Of a DNA stretch of 32,000 bases, positions 18,511 to 25,986 are shown one piece after another. Below the pieces are notes generated by a model that worked only from the letters and a program-made list of their open reading frames with translations, searched no databases and was not told the DNA's origin. The translations under genes and the position numbers were made by a program. The stretch comes from Erysipelotrichaceae bacterium MTC7 (GTDB lineage: Bacteria > Bacillota_I > Bacilli_A > Erysipelotrichales > Erysipelotrichaceae). The stretch is taken from assembly GCA_001695645.1 (NCBI GenBank), contig LVZN01000023.1:90001-122000 (forward strand). Direction: 5' to 3'. Position 1 is the first letter of the stretch; each line of letters begins with the position of its first letter.

Positions 18511-19189
18511 GAATCACACCTACTTTCCTGACAAGACATAACATCAAAATAATGAGTGCAATGGAGATGCTAACAAAGTACATACCCTTGGCAAAAATCA
18601 AAGTAGCGATACTGATCACTAGCCCAAGTATACCAAGCAACGGATGTTTCGATACTTTCATTTGTTCGATAAACATAACCACAAACAAAGCACTCATGGA
18701 AAATTCAATTCCTTTCATGTTCAAGGTAATTGCACTTGATAACAAGCTACCAATGATGCTTCCAACCACCCAATACAGTTGATGGAAAAAGGCAATCCAA
18801 AAGCAAAACCATTTTTCTGAAATACCTGCCGGAGCACGAACCGTATCCAAAATCGCATAAGTTTCATCCGTCAATAAGAATCCCATATACGGTTTGATGA
18901 TGCCATACCCCTTGAACTTTTGTAAAAAAGACAGTCCATAAAAACTATAGCGAACATTGGTTAAGGCACTTAAAGCAACAATACTAATCATGCTTGCTCC
19001 CCCACTCAAAAAACTAACCAATAAGAATTGTAACGTTCCTGAGTATATAAGCAAACTACTCAACAAGGCATACCCAACACCATAACCTGCTTTTTCAAAC
19101 AGCATACCAAAGGCAAACCCCATAAACCCATATCCAATCATAACCGTAATGGTATATGGAAATGCTGCACCTATTGTCTTTTTCATCAT
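18503..19189 (-). CDS. azlC: AzlC-family amino-acid transporter (large subunit).
   Basis: The start is reassigned to the ATG-ATG pair at 19189/19186, downstream of SD GGGGGA. The track start at 19249 lies inside the T-box core and terminator. The polytopic protein begins MMKKTIGAAFPYTITVMIGYGFMGFAFG... Confidence 0.85.
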   Translation of the reverse strand: MMKKTIGAAFPYTITVMIGYGFMGFAFGMLFEKAGYGVGYALLSSLLIYSGTLQFLLVSFLSGGASMISIVALSALTNVRYSFYGLSFLQKFKGYGIIKPYMGFLLTDETYAILDTVRAPAGISEKWFCFWIAFFHQLYWVVGSIIGSLLSSAITLNMKGIEFSMSALFVVMFIEQMKVSKHPLLGILGLVISIATLIFAKGMYFVSISIALIILMLCLVRKVGVIHE

Positions 19190-19204
19190 AATTTCCCCCA
19201 TAAA

Positions 19205-19445
19205 CAAAAAAACACTTTCATCCTTAGGACGAAAGTTTCGTGGTACCACCTAATTTCGTGATGCAAGCATCACCTTATCACACGCCATCACGTGCTTGTA
19301 CGTTAACGGATACCACCGATCTAAACTCACAAAAGCTCATTTAGACAACTCCAAGACCATCTTCATATACACCTTACTGTCCCTCTTTCACCAACCAGGA
19401 CTCGCTACATCAGCTTCTTATATACTACTCTTCTCTTCAACGTTA
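19205..19445 (-). promoter_or_regulatory. T-box riboswitch (probable specifier AUG = Met) with an intrinsic terminator, upstream of azlCD(-rdgB-trmL).
   Basis: On the minus strand, Stem I reads gaagagaagAGTAgtatata, with an AG bay tagcgagtc and a distal loop ctggttggtgaaag. The specifier loop is tatat-GAA-g-ATG(19360..19358)-g-tctt. The T-box core is aaattaGGTGGTACCACGaa (19238..19256). The terminator is actttcgtcc-taa-ggatgaaagt plus a T run (19205..19236). Confidence 0.85.
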
Positions 19446-19453
19446 TTGTGATT

Positions 19454-19481
19454 ATTTTATCATAGTGACAACAACTGTCAA
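19454..19481 (-). promoter_or_regulatory. Sigma-A-type promoter of the azlCD T-box leader.
   Basis: The minus strand reads TTGACA (19481..19476), a 16-nt spacer, then TAAAAT (19459..19454) with an extended -10 TG. Confidence 0.55.
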
Positions 19482-19564
19482 CAAGCAATTTGTAAGCAAC
19501 AAAAAAGAGTTCTCTATTGAAAACTCCATTTTTATTGTTTTACGATGTTGTATCAACGTTTGTT

Positions 19565-19876
19565 TTATGCAGCAAAGCGTTTGTATACATCAATAAACTC
19601 AAGTGCTAAGATTTTAAATGCTTCAGCACTCATCAATTGATCTTCTGCATGTAAAAGCAATAATGTTACTTTTTCAAATTCACCATTTGCTTCTTGTTGG
19701 ATCAATTTTGCATGGGCATGGTGCCCTTCAGTAAAACAAGCTTCTCCTTCAGTAATTGCTTCTTGTGCTTTATCAAAGTCTCCTGCTTTTGCATGTTGAA
19801 TCGCTTCAATAAATAAACTTCTAGCTCCTCCAACATTTGCAATAATATTAAAACAAGTTAATTCCAAGCCTTCCAT
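19565..19876 (-). CDS. PTS lactose/cellobiose-family EIIA component, with no EIIB or EIIC partner in the window.
   Basis: MEGLELTCFNIIANVGGARSLFIEAIQHAKAGDFDKAQEAI..., ...GHHAHAKLIQQEA... and LLLLHAEDQLMSAE are typical of the EIIA-Lac/Cel three-helix family. The start is moved to ATG 19876, 9 nt downstream of SD AAGGAG at 19886..19891. Confidence 0.85.
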   Translation of the reverse strand: MEGLELTCFNIIANVGGARSLFIEAIQHAKAGDFDKAQEAITEGEACFTEGHHAHAKLIQQEANGEFEKVTLLLLHAEDQLMSAEAFKILALEFIDVYKRFAA

Positions 19877-20051
19877 AATCGTTACTCCTTCTTTCATAAT
19901 GACAATGCATCAGTATTTTGTCATTAATCATAATACCATAACTTTAGACATGATTCACTATGATTGATTCCATTCTTAATACATTTTTTATTGTTAGAAA
20001 AACTACATACGTTTGTTCCTGTGACAACACCCACATGATCGAAACTGCAAA

Positions 20052-20077
20052 ATAGGATGCACAATCGTGCATCCTAT
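20052..20077. terminator. Hairpin terminator at the end of the infC-rpmI-rplT-marR transcription unit.
   Basis: ataggatgcac-aatc-gtgcatcctat: an 11-bp stem that overlaps the MarR stop codon. U/T runs flank it on both strands (TTTT on minus, TTTTT on plus). Confidence 0.6.
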
Positions 20078-20541
20078 ATTTTTGCTTTAATGCGATATTC
20101 ATCACGGAAGTATGCTAAGATACGTTCCAGTGTTTCATTAAGCACTATATTTTCATCTAAGCCCAAATCACCAATTGCCTTATCAATCATGTTTGCATGA
20201 AATGCTTCATGAATATCAAGAATTGGTAATGCTTTATCTGTCAATCGCAGACGTACGACACGTTTATCTTTATCATCGCGATAGCGTTCCACATACCCTT
20301 TTTTAATTAATTTGGCTACATTGGTTGTCAAAGTTCCTTGCGTTACCATAATTCGCGCGGCGATGTGTGACATTGAATTGTCGCTGGCTTTCTGAATATT
20401 CTCTAGAATATGGACATCATTCATCGAAAGGTCCACTCCAGATTCTTTTAAATTACGTTCTTCGATATACAGTATGTAATTAAATAATCCAACTAACAAT
20501 TCATTCAAGGTGTGCCTTGTATTCAGTTCTTGTTGGCCCAT
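20074..20541 (-). CDS. MarR-family transcriptional regulator.
   Basis: A 155-aa protein with a winged-HTH core: ...MSHIAARIMVTQGTLTTNVAKLIKKGYVERYRDDKDKRVVRLRLTDKA. It begins only 15 nt after the rplT stop, with no intervening terminator. Confidence 0.85.
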   Translation of the reverse strand: MGQQELNTRHTLNELLVGLFNYILYIEERNLKESGVDLSMNDVHILENIQKASDNSMSHIAARIMVTQGTLTTNVAKLIKKGYVERYRDDKDKRVVRLRLTDKALPILDIHEAFHANMIDKAIGDLGLDENIVLNETLERILAYFRDEYRIKAKI

Positions 20542-20556
20542 AATAGTTGTACTGTA

Positions 20557-21204
20557 CTATTCTGCTTCCTTGTCAGCAGCTTTTTTCGTAGTTGTTTTCT
20601 TTGCAGCTGGTTTTTTTGCAGCAGTTTCTTTTTTAGCAGCTGTAGTTTTCTTAGCAGCTGGTTTCTTTTCTGCTGTTTCTTTTTTAGCAGCTGTTGTTTT
20701 CTTAGCAGCTGGTTTTTTTGCAGCTGGTTTCTTTTCTGCTTTAGCTTCATCATCTTTTTTAGCTGCTGCTTTTTTAGCAGGAGCTTTCTTAGCTGGTGCA
20801 GCTTTTTCTTCAGCTTTTGCTGCTACTGGTGTAGCTGCAACTGGACCTTTTTCTAAAGCTTTTTTAGCTTCTTCACAGATTGCTGTAAATCCTTTTTCGT
20901 CATGGATAGCCATTTCTGAAAGCATTTTACGGTTTACTGTAATGTTTGCCCATTTTAAACCACAAGTTAATTTTGAGTAAGATAACCCATTCATTCTTGC
21001 AGCAGCGTTGATACGAGAAATCCAAAGTTTTCTCATGTCACGTTTTAATTGACGACGGTCTCTGTAAGCATATTTAAGACTGTGCATTACTTGTTCATTA
21101 GCTGTTTTGTATAGGATGTGTTTTGATCCAAAATACCCTTTCGCTAATTTAATTACTTTTTTTCTTCTAGCGCGTGTTGTTGTTCCACCTTTTACTCTTG
21201 GCAT
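20557..21204 (-). CDS. rplT: 50S ribosomal protein bL20 with a ~97-aa Ala/Lys/Pro/Thr-rich C-terminal extension.
   Basis: The N-terminal ~118 aa are canonical L20: [29 protein letters not shown]...[19 protein letters not shown]...[10 protein letters not shown]. The tail runs [33 protein letters not shown]...[17 protein letters not shown]...KKAADKEAE. Confidence 0.9.
   Translation of the reverse strand: MPRVKGGTTTRARRKKVIKLAKGYFGSKHILYKTANEQVMHSLKYAYRDRRQLKRDMRKLWISRINAAARMNGLSYSKLTCGLKWANITVNRKMLSEMAIHDEKGFTAICEEAKKALEKGPVAATPVAAKAEEKAAPAKKAPAKKAAAKKDDEAKAEKKPAAKKPAAKKTTAAKKETAEKKPAAKKTTAAKKETAAKKPAAKKTTTKKAADKEAE
20594..20750 (-). repeat. Tandem 51-nt (17-aa) coding repeats, about 2.5-3 copies, within the rplT tail.
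   Basis: gcagctgg recurs at 20603, 20654 and 20705 (period 51). The encoded unit is [16 protein letters not shown](E/A). Confidence 0.85.
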
Positions 21205-21219
21205 ATCAAATTCCTCCTA

Positions 21220-21414
21220 CTATTTTTGTAACATTAGCTTGATACGTTTGTAATCGCTCTCGCTAACTAATCCTGGTTTCGCTAATTGTCTTCTTTGTTT
21301 TTTTGTTTTCCCGTGGAAACGGTGTGATGTATAAGCATGTCCTCTTTTTAATTTTCCAGAACCTGTCTTTTTTACACGTTTTGCTAATCCACTGTGTGAT
21401 TTCATTTTTGGCAT
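21220..21414 (-). CDS. rpmI: 50S ribosomal protein bL35.
   Basis: [44 protein letters not shown]...; 64 aa, lying between infC and rplT. Confidence 0.95.
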   Translation of the reverse strand: MPKMKSHSGLAKRVKKTGSGKLKRGHAYTSHRFHGKTKKQRRQLAKPGLVSESDYKRIKLMLQK

Positions 21415-21429
21415 AAAACTTTCCTCCTA

Positions 21430-21972
21430 CTATTTTTTATTACCCATTGGAGCTAACACCAAAGACATTGTGTTACCTTCCAGCATTGGTCTTTTTTCTA
21501 CTTTTGCAATATCTTGCATTTCTTCAACAAATTGATTCATCGCTTTTTTACCAACATCGATACGAGTCATCATACGACCTCTAAAGCGCATATCAACTTT
21601 AACTTTGTGTCCTTGCTCAATAAATTTACGAGCATGACGAACCTTTGTATCAAAATCATGTTTGTCGATATTTGGTGGCAAACGTAACGATTTCAATTCC
21701 ACAACGTGTTGCTTACGTTTAGCTTCTTTTGATTTCTTTTGCATGTCAAAACGGTAACGACCGTAATCTAAGATTTTACAAACTGGTGGATTTCCTTTTG
21801 GAGCCACACATAGTAAATCAAGATTTTGCGAGAATGCTTTATCTAAAGCATCATTACGCGACATAACTCCCAATTGTTCACCATCTGCATCGATGACTAG
21901 CACTTCTTTAAAGCGAATCTTTTCATTAACTAAATCCGTGTTAACGTTGTTTGGTACGACCTTTCTAATAAT
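21430..21972 (-). CDS. infC: Translation initiation factor IF-3, with a probable AUU start codon.
   Basis: IF-3 signature: ...NEKIRFKEVLVIDADGEQLGVMSRNDALDKA...LDLLCVAP...PPVCKILDYGRYRF. SD GGAGG (21982..21978) is followed by tgtct-ATT-ATT (21972/21969). The GTG chosen by the track at 21996 has no SD of its own and lies upstream of this SD. Confidence 0.9.
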   Translation of the reverse strand: MIRKVVPNNVNTDLVNEKIRFKEVLVIDADGEQLGVMSRNDALDKAFSQNLDLLCVAPKGNPPVCKILDYGRYRFDMQKKSKEAKRKQHVVELKSLRLPPNIDKHDFDTKVRHARKFIEQGHKVKVDMRFRGRMMTRIDVGKKAMNQFVEEMQDIAKVEKRPMLEGNTMSLVLAPMGNKK

Positions 21973-21997
21973 AGACACCTCCTCGTGATCAAACACA

Positions 21998-22125
21998 AAT
22001 AAAAAGTGAGCATAAATTGCCCACTTGCCTAACTAATACAGTTTCTACGTATTATGTAGCGCATACCTCAGTCTAAGTGACAGCAGGTGAGAAGTGGACT
22101 TCTACTTTCTACTAGCTTTTATTAC
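21998..22125 (-). promoter_or_regulatory. Putative L20-responsive leader/attenuator of the infC operon, including a terminator hairpin.
   Basis: A leader of about 150 nt separates the promoter from infC. It contains the hairpin agtgggca-atttat-gctcact followed by TTTTTATTT (22005..22025 plus the run). Firmicute infC-rpmI-rplT operons are known to be controlled this way. The identity of the L20-binding fold is not verified. Confidence 0.45.
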
Positions 22126-22131
22126 TTGACT

Positions 22132-22159
22132 ATGATACCACAACTGCGGCCAAAGTCAA
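22132..22159 (-). promoter_or_regulatory. Sigma-A-type promoter of the infC operon.
   Basis: The minus strand reads TTGACT (22159..22154), a 16-nt spacer, then TATCAT (22137..22132) preceded by TGg (extended -10). Confidence 0.5.
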
Positions 22160-22262
22160 ACATTATTTGTTTATTTTAGCTGGGTTCATCTTATCACATC
22201 ATCTAACGATCATCAATAATTTCTATTGCTTGTATACGATACATTTGCGTATAATAAAACTA

Positions 22263-23078
22263 ATGAAAAAACTATACGAGCTTTTGGAAAATATTTTCCC
22301 AAATAAAAATATCAGCATTGAAAAACTCGATAAAGGAATCAGCAACCACAACTACCTCGTTAAAGTGGATAGTGAAACCTATGTCATGCGAGTCCCTTTC
22401 CTTGACAAGGGTCATGTGTTTTCACGTGAGCATGAAGCTATGGTAAACACGATGGTTTCTGACCTTGATGTTCCTTGCATGTACTTTGATCCAAAAACAG
22501 GCATCAAAATCACAAAATACATCTCCTCATTGTATGAATATGAAGAATGTCCCTATCCAGACAAGATTGAACGAGCTGCTCATTTGGTGAAAGCATTGCA
22601 CCAAAAACCTGCTCCTGATTTTCCTTTTGATCCAGTGGCAACCTTAAGAAAGTATCAAGCGATGCTCAAACATCCCATCTACGATCTTTCAAACTATCAA
22701 GACATTGTGGAAAAGGTAAAAAGTCTTAACCACCAACAGGTGCTTTGCCATAACGATTTGGTTTCTGGAAATCTACTTTTTGGCAACGACCGTGATTATC
22801 TGATTGACTATGAGTATGCTGCCGCAAATGATGCACTGTTTGATGTCATGAGTTTTTTATCAGAAAACAACATCACAGACGAAACATTACGCCAACGCTT
22901 TTATAATGTATATTTTGATGAAATGAGTGAGACGCTTTATCATGATTTAGCCTTATGGGAAGATTTTCATAATCTGCTTTGGTGTACGTGGGCAATGATG
23001 TTATATGAAACGCGAAACGAATCGATTTATAAAGAAATTGCCACAATGAAATATCAAGCTTTGCAAAGACGTAACTAA
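22263..23078 (+). CDS. Choline/ethanolamine-kinase-family phosphotransferase (LicA-like).
   Basis: The start is moved to ATG 22263 (MKKLYELLENIF...). The Brenner/kinase motifs are LCHNDLVSGNLLF and LIDYEYAAANDALFDVMSF. The upstream track extension is hydrophobic nonsense that overlaps the promoter. Confidence 0.8.
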   Translation: MKKLYELLENIFPNKNISIEKLDKGISNHNYLVKVDSETYVMRVPFLDKGHVFSREHEAMVNTMVSDLDVPCMYFDPKTGIKITKYISSLYEYEECPYPDKIERAAHLVKALHQKPAPDFPFDPVATLRKYQAMLKHPIYDLSNYQDIVEKVKSLNHQQVLCHNDLVSGNLLFGNDRDYLIDYEYAAANDALFDVMSFLSENNITDETLRQRFYNVYFDEMSETLYHDLALWEDFHNLLWCTWAMMLYETRNESIYKEIATMKYQALQRRN

Positions 23079-23116
23079 AAAGAAGTTCAGCCATTACTAG
23101 GGTTGAACTTCTTTTC
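23077..23116. terminator. Bidirectional terminator between the convergent kinase and GDPD genes.
   Basis: aaaa-agaagttca-gccattactagggt-tgaacttct-tttt. It overlaps the GDPD stop codon. Confidence 0.7.
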
Positions 23117-24032
23117 TTTGTTGGGCATCAAGCAGTTGTTTCAATTGCAAATCACTTTCTTGCAAATGATCACTGACAAAACCATAGGCACCTAGTGCCT
23201 GTTTTTCATAGACTTGCGAAAGTTGATTGGTTGTATACAAATACACTTTTACCCCTTGTTGGATAAATGGTAGTAGACTTGTTTCATCTTTTACCCAGCT
23301 ATGTTTCATGAGTACTGTTGGAATTTGATTGGTTGCACAGAAATTAGAGACTGCTTCAAAATCTTTGTTTTTCTCTTTATATAAGGAATACATATAGTGT
23401 TTGAATGGATGGATTGCCTTAAGATTTGCATATTGTTCCTCACTGTAGAACTGTATGATCATCCGGTCCAAAACATCCAACTTATGATGCTCGGTTGCAT
23501 ACACTACCATTTTTTCAATGATGGATTCCATGGAAATTTCATCGGTGTACTTTGTATCGATGACAAACATGGCATCTACATGATTATCCATATAACTGAT
23601 CAAATCCTTCAAATCACTGGCTGGATATTTATAATACTTGTAATTTTGTTTGAACTCTTCGTGACTAGGAATGCCATTAGAAAACTGTAGATAATGTTGG
23701 CCACTATCTTCCCAGTCATGATGAAGTACCACCTCACCATCACTTGTGACATTCAAATCCACTTCAAACAAACGTTCACCTGCCAAGTAGTTTTCTTGCA
23801 AAGCGCTGATTGTATTGGTTCCCGTTTTGCCATCAATACTACCAAGTGCGTGTTTGATGATATGATGATTTTCATACCACACTGGTTGCAGCGGTAACAC
23901 TTCCACTGGTTTTGTAGTTTCTTCTTTTGTGAAGTTTGGCGCGTAAGCAAGTACGGCCATTAACATACCCATTACAAGCATTCCCGCAACAAATGAAAGA
24001 ATGACTGGTTTTTTTATTCCCTTATATTTCAT
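23097..24032 (-). CDS. Membrane-anchored glycerophosphodiester phosphodiesterase (GDPD)-family protein, catalytic domain predicted extracytoplasmic.
   Basis: N-terminal anchor MKYKGIKKPVILSFVAGMLVMGMLMAVLAYA. GDPD-like core: IIKHALGSIDGKTGTNTISALQENYLAGERLFEVDLNVTSDGEVVLHHDW. The start is uncertain: an alternative TTG at 24083 overlaps the GntR stop (TTGA). Confidence 0.75.
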   Translation of the reverse strand: MKYKGIKKPVILSFVAGMLVMGMLMAVLAYAPNFTKEETTKPVEVLPLQPVWYENHHIIKHALGSIDGKTGTNTISALQENYLAGERLFEVDLNVTSDGEVVLHHDWEDSGQHYLQFSNGIPSHEEFKQNYKYYKYPASDLKDLISYMDNHVDAMFVIDTKYTDEISMESIIEKMVVYATEHHKLDVLDRMIIQFYSEEQYANLKAIHPFKHYMYSLYKEKNKDFEAVSNFCATNQIPTVLMKHSWVKDETSLLPFIQQGVKVYLYTTNQLSQVYEKQALGAYGFVSDHLQESDLQLKQLLDAQQRKEVQP

Positions 24033-24079
24033 AGTTTTATTAAATGCCAACCCTTCACCAATTGCAAGAAAAAAGACGA

Positions 24080-24448
24080 TCAATCGTCCTTCTTCGCTAA
24101 TTCATTTTTTACTGCATTTAAGATTTGGGCATCATCATAACCAATGTCATGCATATCCCCAATAAACAAACGCACCATACTTGTTGCTTGTTCCTGCTCA
24201 AGTTTACTGATCAAGTCTTGATCTTCTGAGATAAAGCGACCAGCCGTACGCTCACTTTTTAGCAACCCTTCACGTTCCAATTCACTTAAGGCACGTTGGA
24301 CCGTATTGGGATTCACTCCATATTCAACAGCTAAATCACGAACCGATTTCACGCGTGATCCAAGTTCGTAATTTCCAGAAACAATATTCTTTTTAAACTC
24401 ATCCATGATTTGGATGTAAATAGGCACATTTGGATTAAAGTCCATCAT
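24080..24448 (-). CDS. GntR-family (YtrA-like, short effector domain) transcriptional regulator.
   Basis: The start is moved to ATG-ATG 24448/24445 after SD AGAGGTGAT. The sequence is MMDFNPNVPIYIQIMDEFKKNIVSGNYELGSRVKSVRDLAVEYGVNPNTVQRALSELEREGLL. The track extension overlaps the end of the permease gene. Confidence 0.85.
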   Translation of the reverse strand: MMDFNPNVPIYIQIMDEFKKNIVSGNYELGSRVKSVRDLAVEYGVNPNTVQRALSELEREGLLKSERTAGRFISEDQDLISKLEQEQATSMVRLFIGDMHDIGYDDAQILNAVKNELAKKDD

Positions 24449-24455
24449 ATCACCT

Positions 24456-25280
24456 CTAATCCAACTCAATCTTGCGTTGTAAGAGATACTTACACACAAA
24501 GAAATAAACAGCTCCCCAAATGATTGCAAGTCCTAGTTGTACAAACATATCTTCGTAAATGATACTTGTATAGGTTTCCAGTGCATCTGTGGATGATACG
24601 CTTGAAGAACTCACCGTAAAACCAAGCGTTGAAGCCTGCATAATAGCATCACTTTGAAACACATAACTGATTCCAAGTTGGACAATAGAAATTGCAATGT
24701 AGGTGATAATTGCCACCAAGATACGGTGACTTTTCACGTATTTGGTATGCACGAACGTAATAATCATATAGGCACAAAGTACCGATTGCATCGTACTTAT
24801 CATAAATTCTATAACGCTAACCGCTAGTAGTTGAATATCAACGTTTGCACCAAAGATACTTCCTAGGGTTAATGAGACTTCCGTCATCAAAATCGACGAG
24901 ATAAAAATTGCCAAGATCGTTAAGCCAAACCAAAATGAGGCAACAAGCATTTTTGAAAGCAACAACTTGGTTGTACTTACTGGTAAAGTCAAAGTCAAAT
25001 ACCCTTGGCTTTTAAACATCGAACGATTAAAATTACGAAGAATTTGCAAACCAACAAAGACAATACTTCCAAATACCAAAAGTCCATAAATCATAATCAA
25101 GATAATCGCTGCAATTGCCGATACTTGTAGTGAACCATTTTCGGAAATCACGCTTCCATCATTCATGACTTGCGAAAATCCACCGAAACGGACCATCAGT
25201 GCAACCCCAATCATCGCCACAAACAAAATGAGGTATTGTTCATAACCGCGACGAATTTCATATTTTAATAACTTCATCAT
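24456..25280 (-). CDS. ABC-2-type transporter permease.
   Basis: A 274-aa polytopic membrane protein. Its start overlaps the stop of the ATPase gene (ATGA). Confidence 0.75.
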   Translation of the reverse strand: MMKLLKYEIRRGYEQYLILFVAMIGVALMVRFGGFSQVMNDGSVISENGSLQVSAIAAIILIMIYGLLVFGSIVFVGLQILRNFNRSMFKSQGYLTLTLPVSTTKLLLSKMLVASFWFGLTILAIFISSILMTEVSLTLGSIFGANVDIQLLAVSVIEFMISTMQSVLCAYMIITFVHTKYVKSHRILVAIITYIAISIVQLGISYVFQSDAIMQASTLGFTVSSSSVSSTDALETYTSIIYEDMFVQLGLAIIWGAVYFFVCKYLLQRKIELD

Positions 25281-25975
25281 TTTGCGTACACCTCTTTAAA
25301 CATTTCTTCAATGGATTTGCGTTGGTGGATACGAATATCATCCACTTCTTGATCAAGCGCAACACTTCCTTCTTTCAAAAAGATGACCCGGTTAAAGATT
25401 CGTTCCACATCACTAATCAAATGCGTAGAAACAATCAAGGTTTGGTTTTCATCGTAGTTTTCTAAAATGGTATCTAAAATGACATCTCTTGCGACTGGAT
25501 CAACTCCACCAATGGGTTCATCCAACATAATAATCTTTGCCCGTCGTGACATCACCAAACTCAATAAAAACTTTTCTTTCATCCCTTTCGACATTTGGCG
25601 AAAGTACAAGCGTGAATCAATATCGAATTTACTTAACAACTGTAAACAACGGTTATAGTCAAAATCCTCATACAAATCCACAAACATATTTAGTACATCG
25701 ACTCCCTTTTGCCACTTTTCAAAATACGGTTCATCTGGCAAAAAGGAAATCACTTCCTTGGAATGGATCCCTAACGGTTTTCCATCCACGATAATCTTTC
25801 CATCATAATCGGCAATCAAAGTATTCATAATCTTCATCAACGTTGTTTTCCCACTTCCGTTGGGACCTAGAATACCGATGATTTCTCCTGGCTTAATATC
25901 AAAAGAAACACCTTGTAAACCGACGCGTTTTCCATAACGCTTACTTACATTCTCTACTTTTATTAGACTGTCCAT
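25277..25975 (-). CDS. ABC transporter ATP-binding protein.
   Basis: Walker A GPNGSGKTT, signature MSKGMKEK, Walker B IIMLDEP and an H-loop STH. Confidence 0.92.
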   Translation of the reverse strand: MDSLIKVENVSKRYGKRVGLQGVSFDIKPGEIIGILGPNGSGKTTLMKIMNTLIADYDGKIIVDGKPLGIHSKEVISFLPDEPYFEKWQKGVDVLNMFVDLYEDFDYNRCLQLLSKFDIDSRLYFRQMSKGMKEKFLLSLVMSRRAKIIMLDEPIGGVDPVARDVILDTILENYDENQTLIVSTHLISDVERIFNRVIFLKEGSVALDQEVDDIRIHQRKSIEEMFKEVYAK

Positions 25976-25986
25976 ACATATCTCCT

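Noticed and set aside
20510-20980. Three overlapping ORFs in the rplT tail region: 156 aa and 114 aa on the plus strand, and 76 aa on the minus strand in another frame.
   Set aside because: They are artefacts of the GCA/GCT/AAA low-complexity repeat, which stays open in several frames. Only the rplT frame has a canonical N-terminal domain, an SD and operon context.
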